From assembly GCA_947447525.1 (NCBI GenBank), contig CANFJL010000007.1:99076-163075 (forward strand): a stretch of DNA of 64,000 bases, written 5' to 3'. Positions 48,549-58,968 of this stretch are shown piece by piece. Below the pieces are notes generated by a model. It saw only the letters and a list, made by a program, of their open reading frames with translations. It ran no database searches and was not told the origin of the DNA. The DNA is from Flavobacteriales bacterium (GTDB lineage Bacteria; Bacteroidota; Bacteroidia; Flavobacteriales_D; Crocinitomicaceae). A program made the position numbers and the translations under genes. Position 1 is the first letter of the stretch; each line of letters starts with the position of its first letter.

Positions 48549-49952
48549 ATGAAAAAGTTATTTTATATTTTATTCCTTGTATTTGTTGCCTTAACTAATA
48601 ATAAAGGATATGCTCAAGATGGTGCAGGCTTATTTAAATCAAGATGCAATTCATGTCATGTAATAGACAAAAACGCTACAGGTCCAAAATTATCGGGTGT
48701 TAGAGCTAAATGGACCGCAGCAGGAGAGGATGCCTTATTGTTTGAATGGGTATCTAATTCCACTAATTTAATTAGTTCTGGAAAAAGCAGTATGGCCAAT
48801 GCCATTAAAGGATTTAGTCCGACAGCTATGCCAGCACAAACCGTTAGCAAGGAGGAATTTACTGCCATTTTTGATTACATTGACACCTATGTTGCTCCTC
48901 AAGTTACAACAGCCGCAGATACTACTTTAGTGGCTAATGTAAAAGTGCCAATGATTGATTACAAGGAAAATTTATCCATTTTTAATTGGCTTTTATTTCT
49001 AATGGCGGTATTAATTTGTGTGATTATTATTTTTAGTAGAACCATCATTTCTTTTATAAAATCAGATTACTTCAAGAAGAATCAGGATAAAAACCAAATG
49101 AGCAAGATTCTTTTGGTATTGATCACCATCGGTTTAACTTTATTTTCCAATCAAGCGAACGCATTACATTTAGTGCAACCAGGCGAAGGGGTCAAAGACA
49201 TTCCTTGGTTATTGGTGGAAGATGCAGATTTATATTTTCTTCTAGCACTTAACATTATTTTATTGTTTGTAATCCTTTATCTAAGAAGATTATTCAATCA
49301 ATTTGTTTCGATGACTCAGGTAGAAAAAGCACCTATGATAAAGCCTGCTAAAGTTCTGAAGAAATTGAATAAGATACTAACAGACACCGTATCAATTGAA
49401 GAAGAAGAAGAGATTCTACTGCATCATGATTATGATGGGATTCAAGAATTAGACAATAATTTACCACCATGGTGGGTATGGACTTTTTACGGGACTATTA
49501 TTTTTGGAGTGCTTTATTTGATCAATTATCATGTATTAGGAATTTCTGAGCTACAAGAAAAAGCATACGTAACAGAAATGGCACAATCAAAAAAAGAAAT
49601 TAATCTTTATCTTAAAAAGATGGCCATGAATGTCGATGAAACGAATGCTACCTTATTAACCAAGAAATCTGACATACAAAGTGGCGCAGCTATTTTTCAA
49701 ACCAATTGTATTTCTTGTCACAAAGAGAAAGGTCAAGGAGATGTGGGACCTAATTTAACAGATACCTATTGGATCTACGGCTATAATATTAAGGATTTGT
49801 TTAATACAATTAAGAAGGGGACTGCTAATGGAATGCCAGAGCATGCTTCCAAATTAAATCCAATTCAGATTCAACAAGTAGCCTCTTTTGTACTTCAATT
49901 ACCATTTGTAAAAGGAGATAAAGAACCCAATGGGAAGATTATAGAAAAATAA
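48549..49952 (+). CDS. ccoP: cbb3-type cytochrome c oxidase subunit III (CcoP) with extra N-terminal cytochrome c domain and multi-TM insert
   Basis: Signal peptide plus CNSCH haem domain, three hydrophobic segments, the CcoP N-terminal motif HDYDGIQELDNNLPPWW with its TM, then a CISCH haem domain. Confidence 0.85.
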   Translation: MKKLFYILFLVFVALTNNKGYAQDGAGLFKSRCNSCHVIDKNATGPKLSGVRAKWTAAGEDALLFEWVSNSTNLISSGKSSMANAIKGFSPTAMPAQTVSKEEFTAIFDYIDTYVAPQVTTAADTTLVANVKVPMIDYKENLSIFNWLLFLMAVLICVIIIFSRTIISFIKSDYFKKNQDKNQMSKILLVLITIGLTLFSNQANALHLVQPGEGVKDIPWLLVEDADLYFLLALNIILLFVILYLRRLFNQFVSMTQVEKAPMIKPAKVLKKLNKILTDTVSIEEEEEILLHHDYDGIQELDNNLPPWWVWTFYGTIIFGVLYLINYHVLGISELQEKAYVTEMAQSKKEINLYLKKMAMNVDETNATLLTKKSDIQSGAAIFQTNCISCHKEKGQGDVGPNLTDTYWIYGYNIKDLFNTIKKGTANGMPEHASKLNPIQIQQVASFVLQLPFVKGDKEPNGKIIEK

Positions 49953-49954
49953 AC

Positions 49955-51355
49955 ATGGAAAGTGGCGCAGGAGATGATTTTAGAGATCATATAGCAACCG
50001 TAAATCAGGAAGGGAAAAGAATCTGGATATTTCCAAAAAAGCCAAAGGGATATTGGTATAATAAAAGGAAATCACTGAGTTATATCTTGCTTTTATTTCT
50101 AGTAAGTGCACCTTTCATTCGTATAGGTGACGAACCTTTATTCTTATTTAATATCATCGAAAGAAAATTTATTCTCTTTGGTAATATTTTCTGGCCTCAG
50201 GATATGTATTTATTAGCCATTACATTAATTCTTTGTGTGGTATTCGTAATCTTTTTCACGATTATTTTTGGAAGAATTTATTGCGGTTGGTTTTGTCCAC
50301 AAACAATTTTCATGGAAATGGTTTTTAGACGGATAGGATATTGGATTGAAGGTGATTTTCACGCCCAAAAAATTCTATGGAAAGAGCCATGGAATATGAG
50401 AAAAATTGCAAAAAGAACTTTAAAACATGCTGTATTTTTAATCATCTCATTTTTTATTTCGAATATTTTTCTAGCCTATTTTATTGGTATAGATCACCTG
50501 ATTAAAATTCAAACGGATCCCATCGGGAGCCATTTAGGTGGATTAATTACAATTCTGTTTTTCACCTTTACTTTTTATGGTGTATTTACTTGGTTAAAAG
50601 AACAAGTTTGCACTACCATTTGTCCCTACGGACGTTTACAAGGAGTATTGCTTGATGCCAATTCGATGGTTGTGGCCTATGATCATAAGCGAGGAGAATG
50701 TCGAAGCAAAATTCACAAGAATGAGGACCGAAAAAGTGTACAAAAAGGAGATTGTATAGATTGCGCACACTGCATTGATGTTTGTCCGACCGGGATTGAT
50801 ATTCGCAATGGAACACAATTAGAATGCATCAATTGTACTGCCTGTATTGATGCTTGTGATAACATGATGGATGCCGTAGGAATGGATAAAGGTTTGATTC
50901 GTTTTGTTTCTGAAAATGGAATTAAAGAAGGAACACCTTTTGTGTGGACCAAGCGCGTAAAATCTTATTCTATTCTATTGATCGCATTACTCATCACCTT
51001 AACAACTCTTCTTTTAACCAGAAATGATATCGAAACAGAATTAGTAAGACAAAGAGGAAGTTCTTACAGTATTGATAATGATGGTTTGGTAAGTAATATT
51101 TTTGAGATGAGCATTTTGAATAAGACGCATAAAGACTTTATTATTACTATGAAAGTCAATGATAAAGATGGTAAGCTTGTCAATATTGGAAAACAAATAA
51201 TTCTGAAAAGTGAAAAGCAGAAGAAAGTTGGATTTTTAATTCAAATCCCAAATTCAAAACTAGAAGATGGAACAAAAAAAATTAAAATAAATGTTTACGC
51301 TAATGGGAAATTAATGGAAACTGTGAAAACAAAATTAGTTGGTCCTTATATTTAA
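49955..51355 (+). CDS. ccoG: cytochrome c oxidase accessory protein CcoG (4Fe-4S ferredoxin-type membrane protein)
   Basis: GRIYCGWFCPQ, CPYGR, CIDCAHCIDVCP and CINCTACIDAC cluster motifs with TM helices. Confidence 0.9.
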   Translation: MESGAGDDFRDHIATVNQEGKRIWIFPKKPKGYWYNKRKSLSYILLLFLVSAPFIRIGDEPLFLFNIIERKFILFGNIFWPQDMYLLAITLILCVVFVIFFTIIFGRIYCGWFCPQTIFMEMVFRRIGYWIEGDFHAQKILWKEPWNMRKIAKRTLKHAVFLIISFFISNIFLAYFIGIDHLIKIQTDPIGSHLGGLITILFFTFTFYGVFTWLKEQVCTTICPYGRLQGVLLDANSMVVAYDHKRGECRSKIHKNEDRKSVQKGDCIDCAHCIDVCPTGIDIRNGTQLECINCTACIDACDNMMDAVGMDKGLIRFVSENGIKEGTPFVWTKRVKSYSILLIALLITLTTLLLTRNDIETELVRQRGSSYSIDNDGLVSNIFEMSILNKTHKDFIITMKVNDKDGKLVNIGKQIILKSEKQKKVGFLIQIPNSKLEDGTKKIKINVYANGKLMETVKTKLVGPYI

Positions 51356-51366
51356 ATTCAAATAAT

Positions 51367-51789
51367 ATGGCTTTTCGAAACGGCATAATCATCAGTATGA
51401 TCGCATTTATTTGCTTCATAGTTACCTTAGTTGTTATCATTAATTCTAAGAATAATGATTTAACGAATGAGGAGTATTATCTAAGGGATAGAGATTTTCA
51501 AAGTTCTATCGATGCGCGTCAACGCGCTGAAGAATTGAACAATCCAATTCAAATCAAACAGAATGATAATGAGATGTGCATTACTTATCCATCTAATTTA
51601 AGTTTGTCAGATATCACGGTTTTATTAGCCAGACCAAATAATAAGAAATTGGATAGAAAACTAAGTATTCACGACTCGAATTACACTTTATCAAAAACAG
51701 AACTTAGTAAAGGTCACTATGATGTCTGCATCAATTATTTAAAGGAGGGTAAGGCATACGAACAAATTTCAACTTTAATTATTCAATGA
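51367..51789 (+). CDS. FixH/CcoH family protein
   Basis: N-terminal TM helix followed by an EEYY motif. Position after ccoG. 140 aa. Confidence 0.7.
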   Translation: MAFRNGIIISMIAFICFIVTLVVIINSKNNDLTNEEYYLRDRDFQSSIDARQRAEELNNPIQIKQNDNEMCITYPSNLSLSDITVLLARPNNKKLDRKLSIHDSNYTLSKTELSKGHYDVCINYLKEGKAYEQISTLIIQ

Positions 51790-52511
51790 TAAACCTCCTA
51801 GTAACAGGATTTATTATAGGGCTCAGTTCCTCTTTTCATTGTATCGGAATGTGTGGCCCTTTAGCCTTAATTGCTCCTATCGAACGGAAGAATAAATACA
51901 CGGAAATTCGCGACACTTTATCCTATAACTTTGGTAGATTAATAAGTTATTCTTTTTTAGGACTTATTGTTGGCCTGCTTGGACTGAGTTTTACCTTACT
52001 ACTTTCTGGTCAATACATAAGTATCATTTTCGGGACGCTGATGCTTTTGTTTGCGATACAGGTCTATTTTCCCTTTTTTACCTTTCAAAGCAAAATTACC
52101 GATCAATTAACAATTCAAATTGGTCGCATCTTTTCAAAATTAAAATCCTATAATTTAGCTTATCCAGCCGTTTTATTCGGAATAATTAATGGATTTCTGC
52201 CCTGTGCAATGGTTTATTTTGGATTACTCAACGCAATGAGTAGTCATAATTCTATTGTTTCCATTTACGCCATGATTGCCTTTGGATTAGGTACCCTACC
52301 AGCGATGTTGACACTTGGTTTTATTAAACAGAAAAAACTATTATCTAAGCATAACTTCAAGAATGCAGTGCCCATATTATTGATTATAGCAGCGCTGCTG
52401 ACTATCTTCAGAGGATTAGGTTTGGGTATACCATTAATTAGTCCAAGTATCACTGATGTTAGTAATACTCACCAACATCCTAAAATGGAATGCTGCAAAG
52501 CGCCTGAATAG
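51786..52511 (+). CDS. TauE/SafE- or DsbD_2-like membrane protein with Cys motifs
   Basis: Six TM helices, FHCIGMCGPL and LPCAMVY motifs, C-terminal ECCK. The start overlaps the fixH stop. Confidence 0.7.
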   Translation: MINLLVTGFIIGLSSSFHCIGMCGPLALIAPIERKNKYTEIRDTLSYNFGRLISYSFLGLIVGLLGLSFTLLLSGQYISIIFGTLMLLFAIQVYFPFFTFQSKITDQLTIQIGRIFSKLKSYNLAYPAVLFGIINGFLPCAMVYFGLLNAMSSHNSIVSIYAMIAFGLGTLPAMLTLGFIKQKKLLSKHNFKNAVPILLIIAALLTIFRGLGLGIPLISPSITDVSNTHQHPKMECCKAPE

Positions 52512-52514
52512 AGC

Positions 52515-52549
52515 AAAAAAAAAGGGTCCGAATGGAACCCTTTTTTTTT
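52515..52549. terminator. bidirectional rho-independent terminator
   Basis: A9-GGGT...ACCC-T9 hairpin between convergent genes. Confidence 0.75.
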
Positions 52550-52563
52550 GTTTAAATAAATCA

Positions 52564-55497
52564 TTACATTTTAATGAACTTGACAGATTCAACTTGTTTT
52601 CCTGAAACAAACTTAACAATGTAAGTTCCATTAGGAATATCATCACCGTCAATGAATAAAGTATTTTCTCCAGCAGACATATAATTATCACTTACCGTTT
52701 TAATTAAACGACCTGTAATAGAATAAACATAAGCTTGAACACTTCCACCTTTAGCCAAATTGAAAGCTAAGGTAGTTGAGTTATTGGTTGGATTTGGATA
52801 AGTCTTTAGATTCGTTCTGAAATTAGCTCCTGTATTGGAACCATTTTCATTTAATCCTAAGTAAGCAGCAGAGCTCCAAATTCCACGACCAAAAGAGCCA
52901 ATATAAATTTCACCTGGACGATTATTCCCTTCTTCGAAAGTTCTCCATGATTGACGCACTTCATAAACTGGCGTTCCTTCGAATCCAACAGAAGCATAAT
53001 CCCAAGATGCACCGCCATTTTCAGTAACGAAAACACCATTGGATGTTCCAACGACAATAATGTCTGAATTATCTCTATCTATTATTCCATCATAACAAGC
53101 AACACCAGGACTCGTAATACTTCCTAAAGAAGTATAAGAGGGAACAGATGCAGTTGCATTTAGTGATCGTTTATTGGTACCGTTAAATCCAGCAAATAAG
53201 ACAATATCATTTGCATTATTAGGATTCACCGCTAAACCTTCATAACTCGTATTCGATATTTTGGTTGCTGTAGTATAATTTGGAGTTGTACCGGTTACAC
53301 CTGTTCCAACATAAGCGACTTTGTCTTTGAAATTAGCCTCTGTAGAATAAGCACTTCCTAGACCATCAACGCGCCAAACACCAGAACCAGCAGAAATATA
53401 ACAATGCTCTAAATCTCTAGAGAATTCAACATCAATATTGTTAAATGTACCGCCACCAATTCCTCTAGCGACACATACCCAATTAACATTTGTAATGGCT
53501 AATCTTAATGCATTTCTTGTTCCCCAAAGTTCACCTCCGTTAGCATTAACATAAACTAAGAACCAAGATTGATATGGATCTTGAACTCTTAAAGTATCCC
53601 ATGCGACATTATAAGCTACTGTATCAGTTCCCATTGCATACGTTTCACCAGTTGCAGGATTTTGTCCGTAGTTAACATTACCTACTGTCAAAGAAGGAGT
53701 ATAATTTAAGGTATCATCAAAATATAAGTTTGACGATGCAACATAAGTAATTGAATCTCCAGAAGATAAACTTGGAACACGGATGATTGCTCCCGAGCTA
53801 TAATTTTTTGTTGGAATATAAGTCACTGAATCCTTAGAATTTAAATCATAATATTCAGCCAAGACAAACTCAGTATGGAAAGGGTGGAAAGTACTTCCAT
53901 CTGTACCACAAGGATCATATGTTCCAGGTAAAAGCGGAACAAAAGAAGTTGAGGTAGCACCTTTATCTCCTGATCTAGCAATTGAATTATAATAAACAGA
54001 AGAGAACATTACTTTAGGATTGAAGAATGAAATCTCACATTCAAAACCATCACCACCACCTACTTCTGTAAATGACTTGAAAGTTGATCCTGTATGATCG
54101 TTGTACAAAGAACCATTGTCTTGCGCACCACCCATTACAGCACCATCTCTATCAAAAGCAATTCCATAAAATTGAGTGACATTATAACCTCTATTTGCTG
54201 GATACCAAGTTCCACCGAAGTTATTTGAAATTCCAACACCACCATCATTTCCAATGTAGATTCTATTATTAGCATCCCACTTCATCTCATGATTATCAGC
54301 ATGTGCATAAATTGGTGAGTTTGGAGAAACAAACCATTGACTCACTTTTAAGAAAAATCCTGATGGAGGGTTATTAACTGCTTGATTCCATTTCCAAATA
54401 TCAATACCACCAACAAGAATTTCTTCATCATCTGTTGGATTAACAGAAACTATTGAATTATAGGTTCCTTGATCGCGATAAATATCAAATTCATTTGGAG
54501 GAGCTGATGCACCTACAAATTGATACCAAGTTTGACCATTGTCATGAGAAACATGCATACTCAATAAATTACTGTTAGTTCGAACAGCATAAATAGAATA
54601 TTGATTGGTTGTTGTATTTTTTGTTGGAGAAATAGCATATTCAATTCTTCCTGCACCTGTAGGTACTAAATTATTTCCAATAGTTCCAGTTTTGTCAGAA
54701 AAACTAACACCTCCATCTACAGACACATAAGTTTTGTTAGCGGCAAACGAAGCTACAATAACTGAAGCATCAGGAGAAACTTTTAGAGCAAAACATCCTC
54801 CAGAAGTAACCGTTACATTAGTCATAGAAGCATCACCCAATTTCCATTTTTTCAAACCAGAAGATGTCGCCATCCAAACATAATTATCAGCATTCGTACT
54901 GATAATTTCTGTACAATTTGATGTTCCTGGAATTGCATTCCAAGTAGTTCCAAAATCACTAGAATACCAAACACCATTTCCATTCCACCCTTCTTGATTC
55001 GAACCTGTTGCAACATACAATACACCATCAGGTGATTGCGCCATACTTGAAATAAATGGATTTCCACCTGCTGCAATATATTCTGGAACACGCGTCCAAG
55101 AATTACCTTTGTTTAATGAAGTAAATAAACCTCCAGAAACACCACCAGCCCAAATGCGATTGATATTCGTTCGGTCTATTTGAATAGCACGCGTTCTACC
55201 ACCAATATTGTCCGGACCTTGTTCTTCAAAGCTAATTGTTTTTGATTGCTTCATTTTGGATATTTGATCTGCAATCATTGCTAATTTCTCAGCAGAAACA
55301 GCTTCGCCAGTAGTTACATCAATGTAACGCGCTTTCATCCAAGCAGCAGCATCATCAGATTTAGGTTGATTCAACATGGATAAATCAGCTGATTGATATC
55401 GAGATAACAATTGAAGTTGACCCAATGGTGAAAAATAAAGGGCTACAGCTAAAGCTGCAATTGCCACAGAACCAATAAGATAGACTTTTTTATTCAT
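52564..55497 (-). CDS. BNR/Asp-box (sortilin/VPS10- or xyloglucanase-like) beta-propeller protein with T9SS C-terminal sorting domain
   Basis: Signal anchor, repeated S.D.G.TW Asp-box motifs (SLNKGNSWT, SSDFGTTW, SVDGGVSF, SHDNGQTW, TENGGASW) and a C-terminal CTD (YPNPT...GTYIVKF...). Confidence 0.8.
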   Translation of the reverse strand: MNKKVYLIGSVAIAALAVALYFSPLGQLQLLSRYQSADLSMLNQPKSDDAAAWMKARYIDVTTGEAVSAEKLAMIADQISKMKQSKTISFEEQGPDNIGGRTRAIQIDRTNINRIWAGGVSGGLFTSLNKGNSWTRVPEYIAAGGNPFISSMAQSPDGVLYVATGSNQEGWNGNGVWYSSDFGTTWNAIPGTSNCTEIISTNADNYVWMATSSGLKKWKLGDASMTNVTVTSGGCFALKVSPDASVIVASFAANKTYVSVDGGVSFSDKTGTIGNNLVPTGAGRIEYAISPTKNTTTNQYSIYAVRTNSNLLSMHVSHDNGQTWYQFVGASAPPNEFDIYRDQGTYNSIVSVNPTDDEEILVGGIDIWKWNQAVNNPPSGFFLKVSQWFVSPNSPIYAHADNHEMKWDANNRIYIGNDGGVGISNNFGGTWYPANRGYNVTQFYGIAFDRDGAVMGGAQDNGSLYNDHTGSTFKSFTEVGGGDGFECEISFFNPKVMFSSVYYNSIARSGDKGATSTSFVPLLPGTYDPCGTDGSTFHPFHTEFVLAEYYDLNSKDSVTYIPTKNYSSGAIIRVPSLSSGDSITYVASSNLYFDDTLNYTPSLTVGNVNYGQNPATGETYAMGTDTVAYNVAWDTLRVQDPYQSWFLVYVNANGGELWGTRNALRLAITNVNWVCVARGIGGGTFNNIDVEFSRDLEHCYISAGSGVWRVDGLGSAYSTEANFKDKVAYVGTGVTGTTPNYTTATKISNTSYEGLAVNPNNANDIVLFAGFNGTNKRSLNATASVPSYTSLGSITSPGVACYDGIIDRDNSDIIVVGTSNGVFVTENGGASWDYASVGFEGTPVYEVRQSWRTFEEGNNRPGEIYIGSFGRGIWSSAAYLGLNENGSNTGANFRTNLKTYPNPTNNSTTLAFNLAKGGSVQAYVYSITGRLIKTVSDNYMSAGENTLFIDGDDIPNGTYIVKFVSGKQVESVKFIKM

Positions 55498-55513
55498 AAT
55501 TCTAATATTAGGG

Positions 55514-55529
55514 CGCTATTATAATAGCG
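55514..55529. repeat. perfect 16-bp palindrome CGCTATTATAATAGCG
   Basis: Read directly. Lies 17-32 nt upstream of the ATG (55497, minus strand) of the T9SS propeller gene, and downstream of lipA. Confidence 0.3.
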
Positions 55530-55631
55530 TGCAAGATAATGATAATTTTTTACTACTGTATAGATTTTTGTTCTCTTTTTTAGTTTTTTTTGACTCATTT
55601 GCTGTCTTGTACCAGATTGACAAATTGAAAA

Positions 55632-56498
55632 TTAAAATAAATGTTTTTCCGCATGATAAGAGGATCTAACTAAGGGTCCGGATTCTACATAGCGAAATCC
55701 CATGGAAAGGCCTAAATCTTTGTAATAAGCAAATTGTTCGGGCGTGATGAATTCCTCTACAGGTAAATGTTTTGGAGTAGGTTGAAGATATTGTCCCAAT
55801 GTCAAGACATCTACCTCCACTTGCCTCAGATCTTGCATGGTTTCAATTACCTCTTCCACACTTTCGCCTAAACCCAACATAACACCTGATTTAGTTCTCA
55901 TGCCCCCTTTCTTTAGGCGAAAAAGTAATTCTAAACTTCTATCGTATTTGGCTTGTATGCGCACTTGTTTGGTTAAACGACGCACCGTCTCCAAATTGTG
56001 TGAAACAATTTCTGGTGCCACATCAATTATTTGTTGTAAGTTATCCCAATTTCCCGCAAAATCTGGGATTAAGGTTTCCATTGTAGTGTTCGGTGATTGC
56101 TGACGAATAGCTTTAACGGTTTGTACCCATATTTCAGATCCACCATCTTTTAAATCATCGCGATCTACTGAGGTTAATACAGCATGTTTGACACCCATAA
56201 TTTTTACACTATTGGCGACTCTTCCTGGTTCAAAAATATCTACCTGCTCTGGTTTTCCAGTTTGCACTGCGCAAAAACCACACGATCTTGTACAAATATT
56301 CCCTAAGATCATAAAGGTAGCGGTACCCTCTCCCCAGCATTCACCCATATTGGGACAACTTCCACTTTCGCAAATGGTATGCAATTTATGTTCGTCTACT
56401 AGCGACCTTACTTTTCTGTAATTCTCACCAATAGGCAACTTTACCCTAAGCCAACTTGGCTTTTTCATTCTTGGCGTTTCCTCTTTTAGTTCTATCAT
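55632..56498 (-). CDS. lipA: lipoyl synthase
   Basis: [12 protein letters not shown] auxiliary cluster, CTRSCGFC radical-SAM cluster and C-terminal RSSY motif. Confidence 0.95.
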   Translation of the reverse strand: MIELKEETPRMKKPSWLRVKLPIGENYRKVRSLVDEHKLHTICESGSCPNMGECWGEGTATFMILGNICTRSCGFCAVQTGKPEQVDIFEPGRVANSVKIMGVKHAVLTSVDRDDLKDGGSEIWVQTVKAIRQQSPNTTMETLIPDFAGNWDNLQQIIDVAPEIVSHNLETVRRLTKQVRIQAKYDRSLELLFRLKKGGMRTKSGVMLGLGESVEEVIETMQDLRQVEVDVLTLGQYLQPTPKHLPVEEFITPEQFAYYKDLGLSMGFRYVESGPLVRSSYHAEKHLF

Positions 56499-56587
56499 AA
56501 TGAATACAAAATTCGTAAAAGTTCAGCAATAACATCTATAAATCATAAATTGTTTTTGAGTAAGATTCTCCCTCCTTAAAAAAGCCT

Positions 56588-56595
56588 TACTTTTG
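56588..56595 (+). promoter_or_regulatory. -7 promoter motif TAnnTTTG (TACTTTTG)
   Basis: Exact motif 14 nt upstream of the ATG at 56609. Confidence 0.35.
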
Positions 56596-56608
56596 CTAAA
56601 CAATTCAT

Positions 56609-57007
56609 ATGGAAATTTCAACAGTTAATTATTTAGGAGACTTGCGCACTGAATGTATTCATTACTCAGGAGAGAAGATACTTACAGATGCACCTAAAGA
56701 TAATTTTGGTAAAGGGGAAGCATTTTCTCCAACAGATTTAATGGCTACTTCTTTGGCAGCATGTTTCATAACAATAATGGGTATTTATTGCCAACAGAAT
56801 GGAATTAATATGGAACATTGCACTGCAAAAGTGGAAAAAATCATGTCCGCACTTCCCAGAAAAATCGCTAAAATAAATATCCGATTTAATTTATCAGAAA
56901 ACCATTGGGATAAAGCTACTTTTGATGCGGTTGTTAGTGCTGGAAAAAAATGTCCCGTTGGATTAACCATTGAAGAAGTTGTAGCAATTGATTATATTTT
57001 TGAATAA
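56609..57007 (+). CDS. OsmC family peroxiredoxin-like protein
   Basis: 132 aa. FSPTDLMATSLAAC and KKCPV motifs carry the two conserved Cys of OsmC/Ohr-like proteins. Confidence 0.85.
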   Translation: MEISTVNYLGDLRTECIHYSGEKILTDAPKDNFGKGEAFSPTDLMATSLAACFITIMGIYCQQNGINMEHCTAKVEKIMSALPRKIAKINIRFNLSENHWDKATFDAVVSAGKKCPVGLTIEEVVAIDYIFE

Positions 57008-57008
57008 A

Positions 57009-57794
57009 ATGGAAAGAGAAAGAAACTATATTAAAAAAGAAAAATCAGATGTGATTTTTGGAATCCGCACAGTTATTGAGGCGATTCAAGCAGAACGAGA
57101 AATCAATAGAATTCTAATCCAAAAAGGGATGAACAAAGATTTGTTCATGGAATTAAAGAATGAACTGGCAGATAAAAACTATCAATTACAATTTGTACCA
57201 GTAGAAAAATTAAATGCCTTAACCTCAGGAAATCACCAAGGGGTAATTGCTTTTGTTTCTCCTATCGAATATGGAGATATTGAAGTTGTGGTAGACGACA
57301 TGTTATTAAAAGGAGAGAAACCCTGTATTCTCGTATTGGATAGAATAACGGATGTAAGAAATTTTGGTGCGATAGCACGAACAGCTGAATGTCAAGGAAT
57401 CGATGCAATATTAATTCCTGCCAAAGGTTCTGCCCTTGTCACTGCTGACGCGATGAAAGCCTCTGCAGGAGCATTAAATAGAATATTAGTTTGTAAAACA
57501 GACAACCTAAAAAACACCTTATTTTATTTACAACAAAGTGGCTTAAGAATTATCGCTTGTACTGAAAAAGCAAGTGTTCCATTGCAAAGCATCAATCTAA
57601 GAGGTCCAGTAGCCATGATTTTCGGATCAGAGGAAAGTGGAATTACCAGTGATCTTATTTCTATGTCAGATGCTCGATTGAGAATTCCAATGAAAGGAGA
57701 GATCGCTTCTTTGAATGTTAGTGTTGCTGCTGGTATTGTTATGTATGAAAAGATGCGTCAGGATGCAGAAGTAATGTTTACAAAAGAGAAATAA
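57009..57794 (+). CDS. rlmB: 23S rRNA (guanosine-2'-O)-methyltransferase RlmB (SpoU/TrmH family)
   Basis: SpoU substrate-binding N-domain, then the motifs VLDRITDVRNFGAIARTA, MIFGSEESGI and IPMKGEIASLNVSVAAGI. Confidence 0.9.
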   Translation: MERERNYIKKEKSDVIFGIRTVIEAIQAEREINRILIQKGMNKDLFMELKNELADKNYQLQFVPVEKLNALTSGNHQGVIAFVSPIEYGDIEVVVDDMLLKGEKPCILVLDRITDVRNFGAIARTAECQGIDAILIPAKGSALVTADAMKASAGALNRILVCKTDNLKNTLFYLQQSGLRIIACTEKASVPLQSINLRGPVAMIFGSEESGITSDLISMSDARLRIPMKGEIASLNVSVAAGIVMYEKMRQDAEVMFTKEK

Positions 57795-57807
57795 TTTCAG
57801 GTTTCAA

Positions 57808-58518
57808 TTAACGCAATAACATAGCAGCTTTTTGCGGCACTTCATTTAGATCATATATTCTATGCTCAAACTTAAGAGTATTTCGCAAATTAGGTTCAAA
57901 CCAAATGGCTTGCATTCCCGATCGTAACGCTCCTGCTATATCAGCATGATAATCATCCCCTACCATTAAAGAATTTTCAGGCTTAGCCCCTGCCAGATCC
58001 AAGGCATGTTTAAAAATCTTTTGATGGGGCTTATTATATCCAATGTGTTCCGAACAGACTACCACATCAAAAAAGGGACTTAACAAACAATTATTCAATT
58101 TTTCAAATTGGACTTCTGTGAATCCATTGGTGATAATATGGAGGGTGAAACCCATTGTTTTTAGATCAGTTAAAACCTGAATAGTATTAGGAAAAAGTCG
58201 TGTTTGTCTAGGAGACATTTCGACATAAGCATCGCCTATTCTTTTAATTTGATCCTCATCATGTAATCCGTAGACCTTAAGGGTTGCACGAAAACGCTCA
58301 TAACGCAAAGCTTCTTTTGCCAGTTTTCCTTGACCATATTTTTTCCAAAGGGCCGCATTTTTATTGCGATAAACTTTATGAAAATGTTCAAACCCTTGAC
58401 AGGCATCTAATAGTTTTTCTTGTTCAAGAATAGTGCGCAAGGCAAATTCAGAATTAGCATCAAAATCCCAAAGCGTTCTATCAAGATCAAAGAATAAATG
58501 TCTATCTGAATATGACAT
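57808..58518 (-). CDS. HAD family hydrolase (YjjG-like nucleotidase type)
   Basis: HAD motif I FFDLDRTLWD, motif II ITNG and motif IV MVGDDYHADIAGA. Confidence 0.85.
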   Translation of the reverse strand: MSYSDRHLFFDLDRTLWDFDANSEFALRTILEQEKLLDACQGFEHFHKVYRNKNAALWKKYGQGKLAKEALRYERFRATLKVYGLHDEDQIKRIGDAYVEMSPRQTRLFPNTIQVLTDLKTMGFTLHIITNGFTEVQFEKLNNCLLSPFFDVVVCSEHIGYNKPHQKIFKHALDLAGAKPENSLMVGDDYHADIAGALRSGMQAIWFEPNLRNTLKFEHRIYDLNEVPQKAAMLLR

Positions 58519-58966
58519 AAGAAAGAAAAGTAGTCACAATTGCATTTAAAAACATTCCTAGCATTATCCATAGAAAAGTAAACTTTTCATTGCCATAAAA
58601 CTTAGCAACCACAATACTTCCAATCGGAACGGATAGAAAAAAAGGAGCCCAAAAACAAATTCCTATTTTCCCGAAAGTCGATTTTATTTTGAGTATAAAT
58701 CGATTCATTTTAGTGAATTTTTTTTTCACTTTCACAGTAGTATTATTTTGCTTTGCCCAAAGAAGTTTTTTAGCATAACGCTTGGCGGTATAAGCTAATA
58801 AAAAATCACTTCCAAAATAAAAGAAAAATGATCCGAAGATACCGCCAGCAACTGAAGCAAAATAAGTCTCATAATAATGCATGCCGAGATGAACCGCCGT
58901 AAACGGCGCAAATAAAAATTTGACAGTTGACAACAAAAAAGTACTTGTAATTCCTCCCCAGTTCAT
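58502..58966 (-). CDS. hypothetical small polytopic membrane protein
   Basis: 154 aa with about 4 TM helices around a basic loop. Overlaps the downstream HAD gene by 17 nt, which suggests one operon with upp. Confidence 0.5.
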   Translation of the reverse strand: MNWGGITSTFLLSTVKFLFAPFTAVHLGMHYYETYFASVAGGIFGSFFFYFGSDFLLAYTAKRYAKKLLWAKQNNTTVKVKKKFTKMNRFILKIKSTFGKIGICFWAPFFLSVPIGSIVVAKFYGNEKFTFLWIMLGMFLNAIVTTFLSYVIFR

Positions 58967-58968
58967 AA

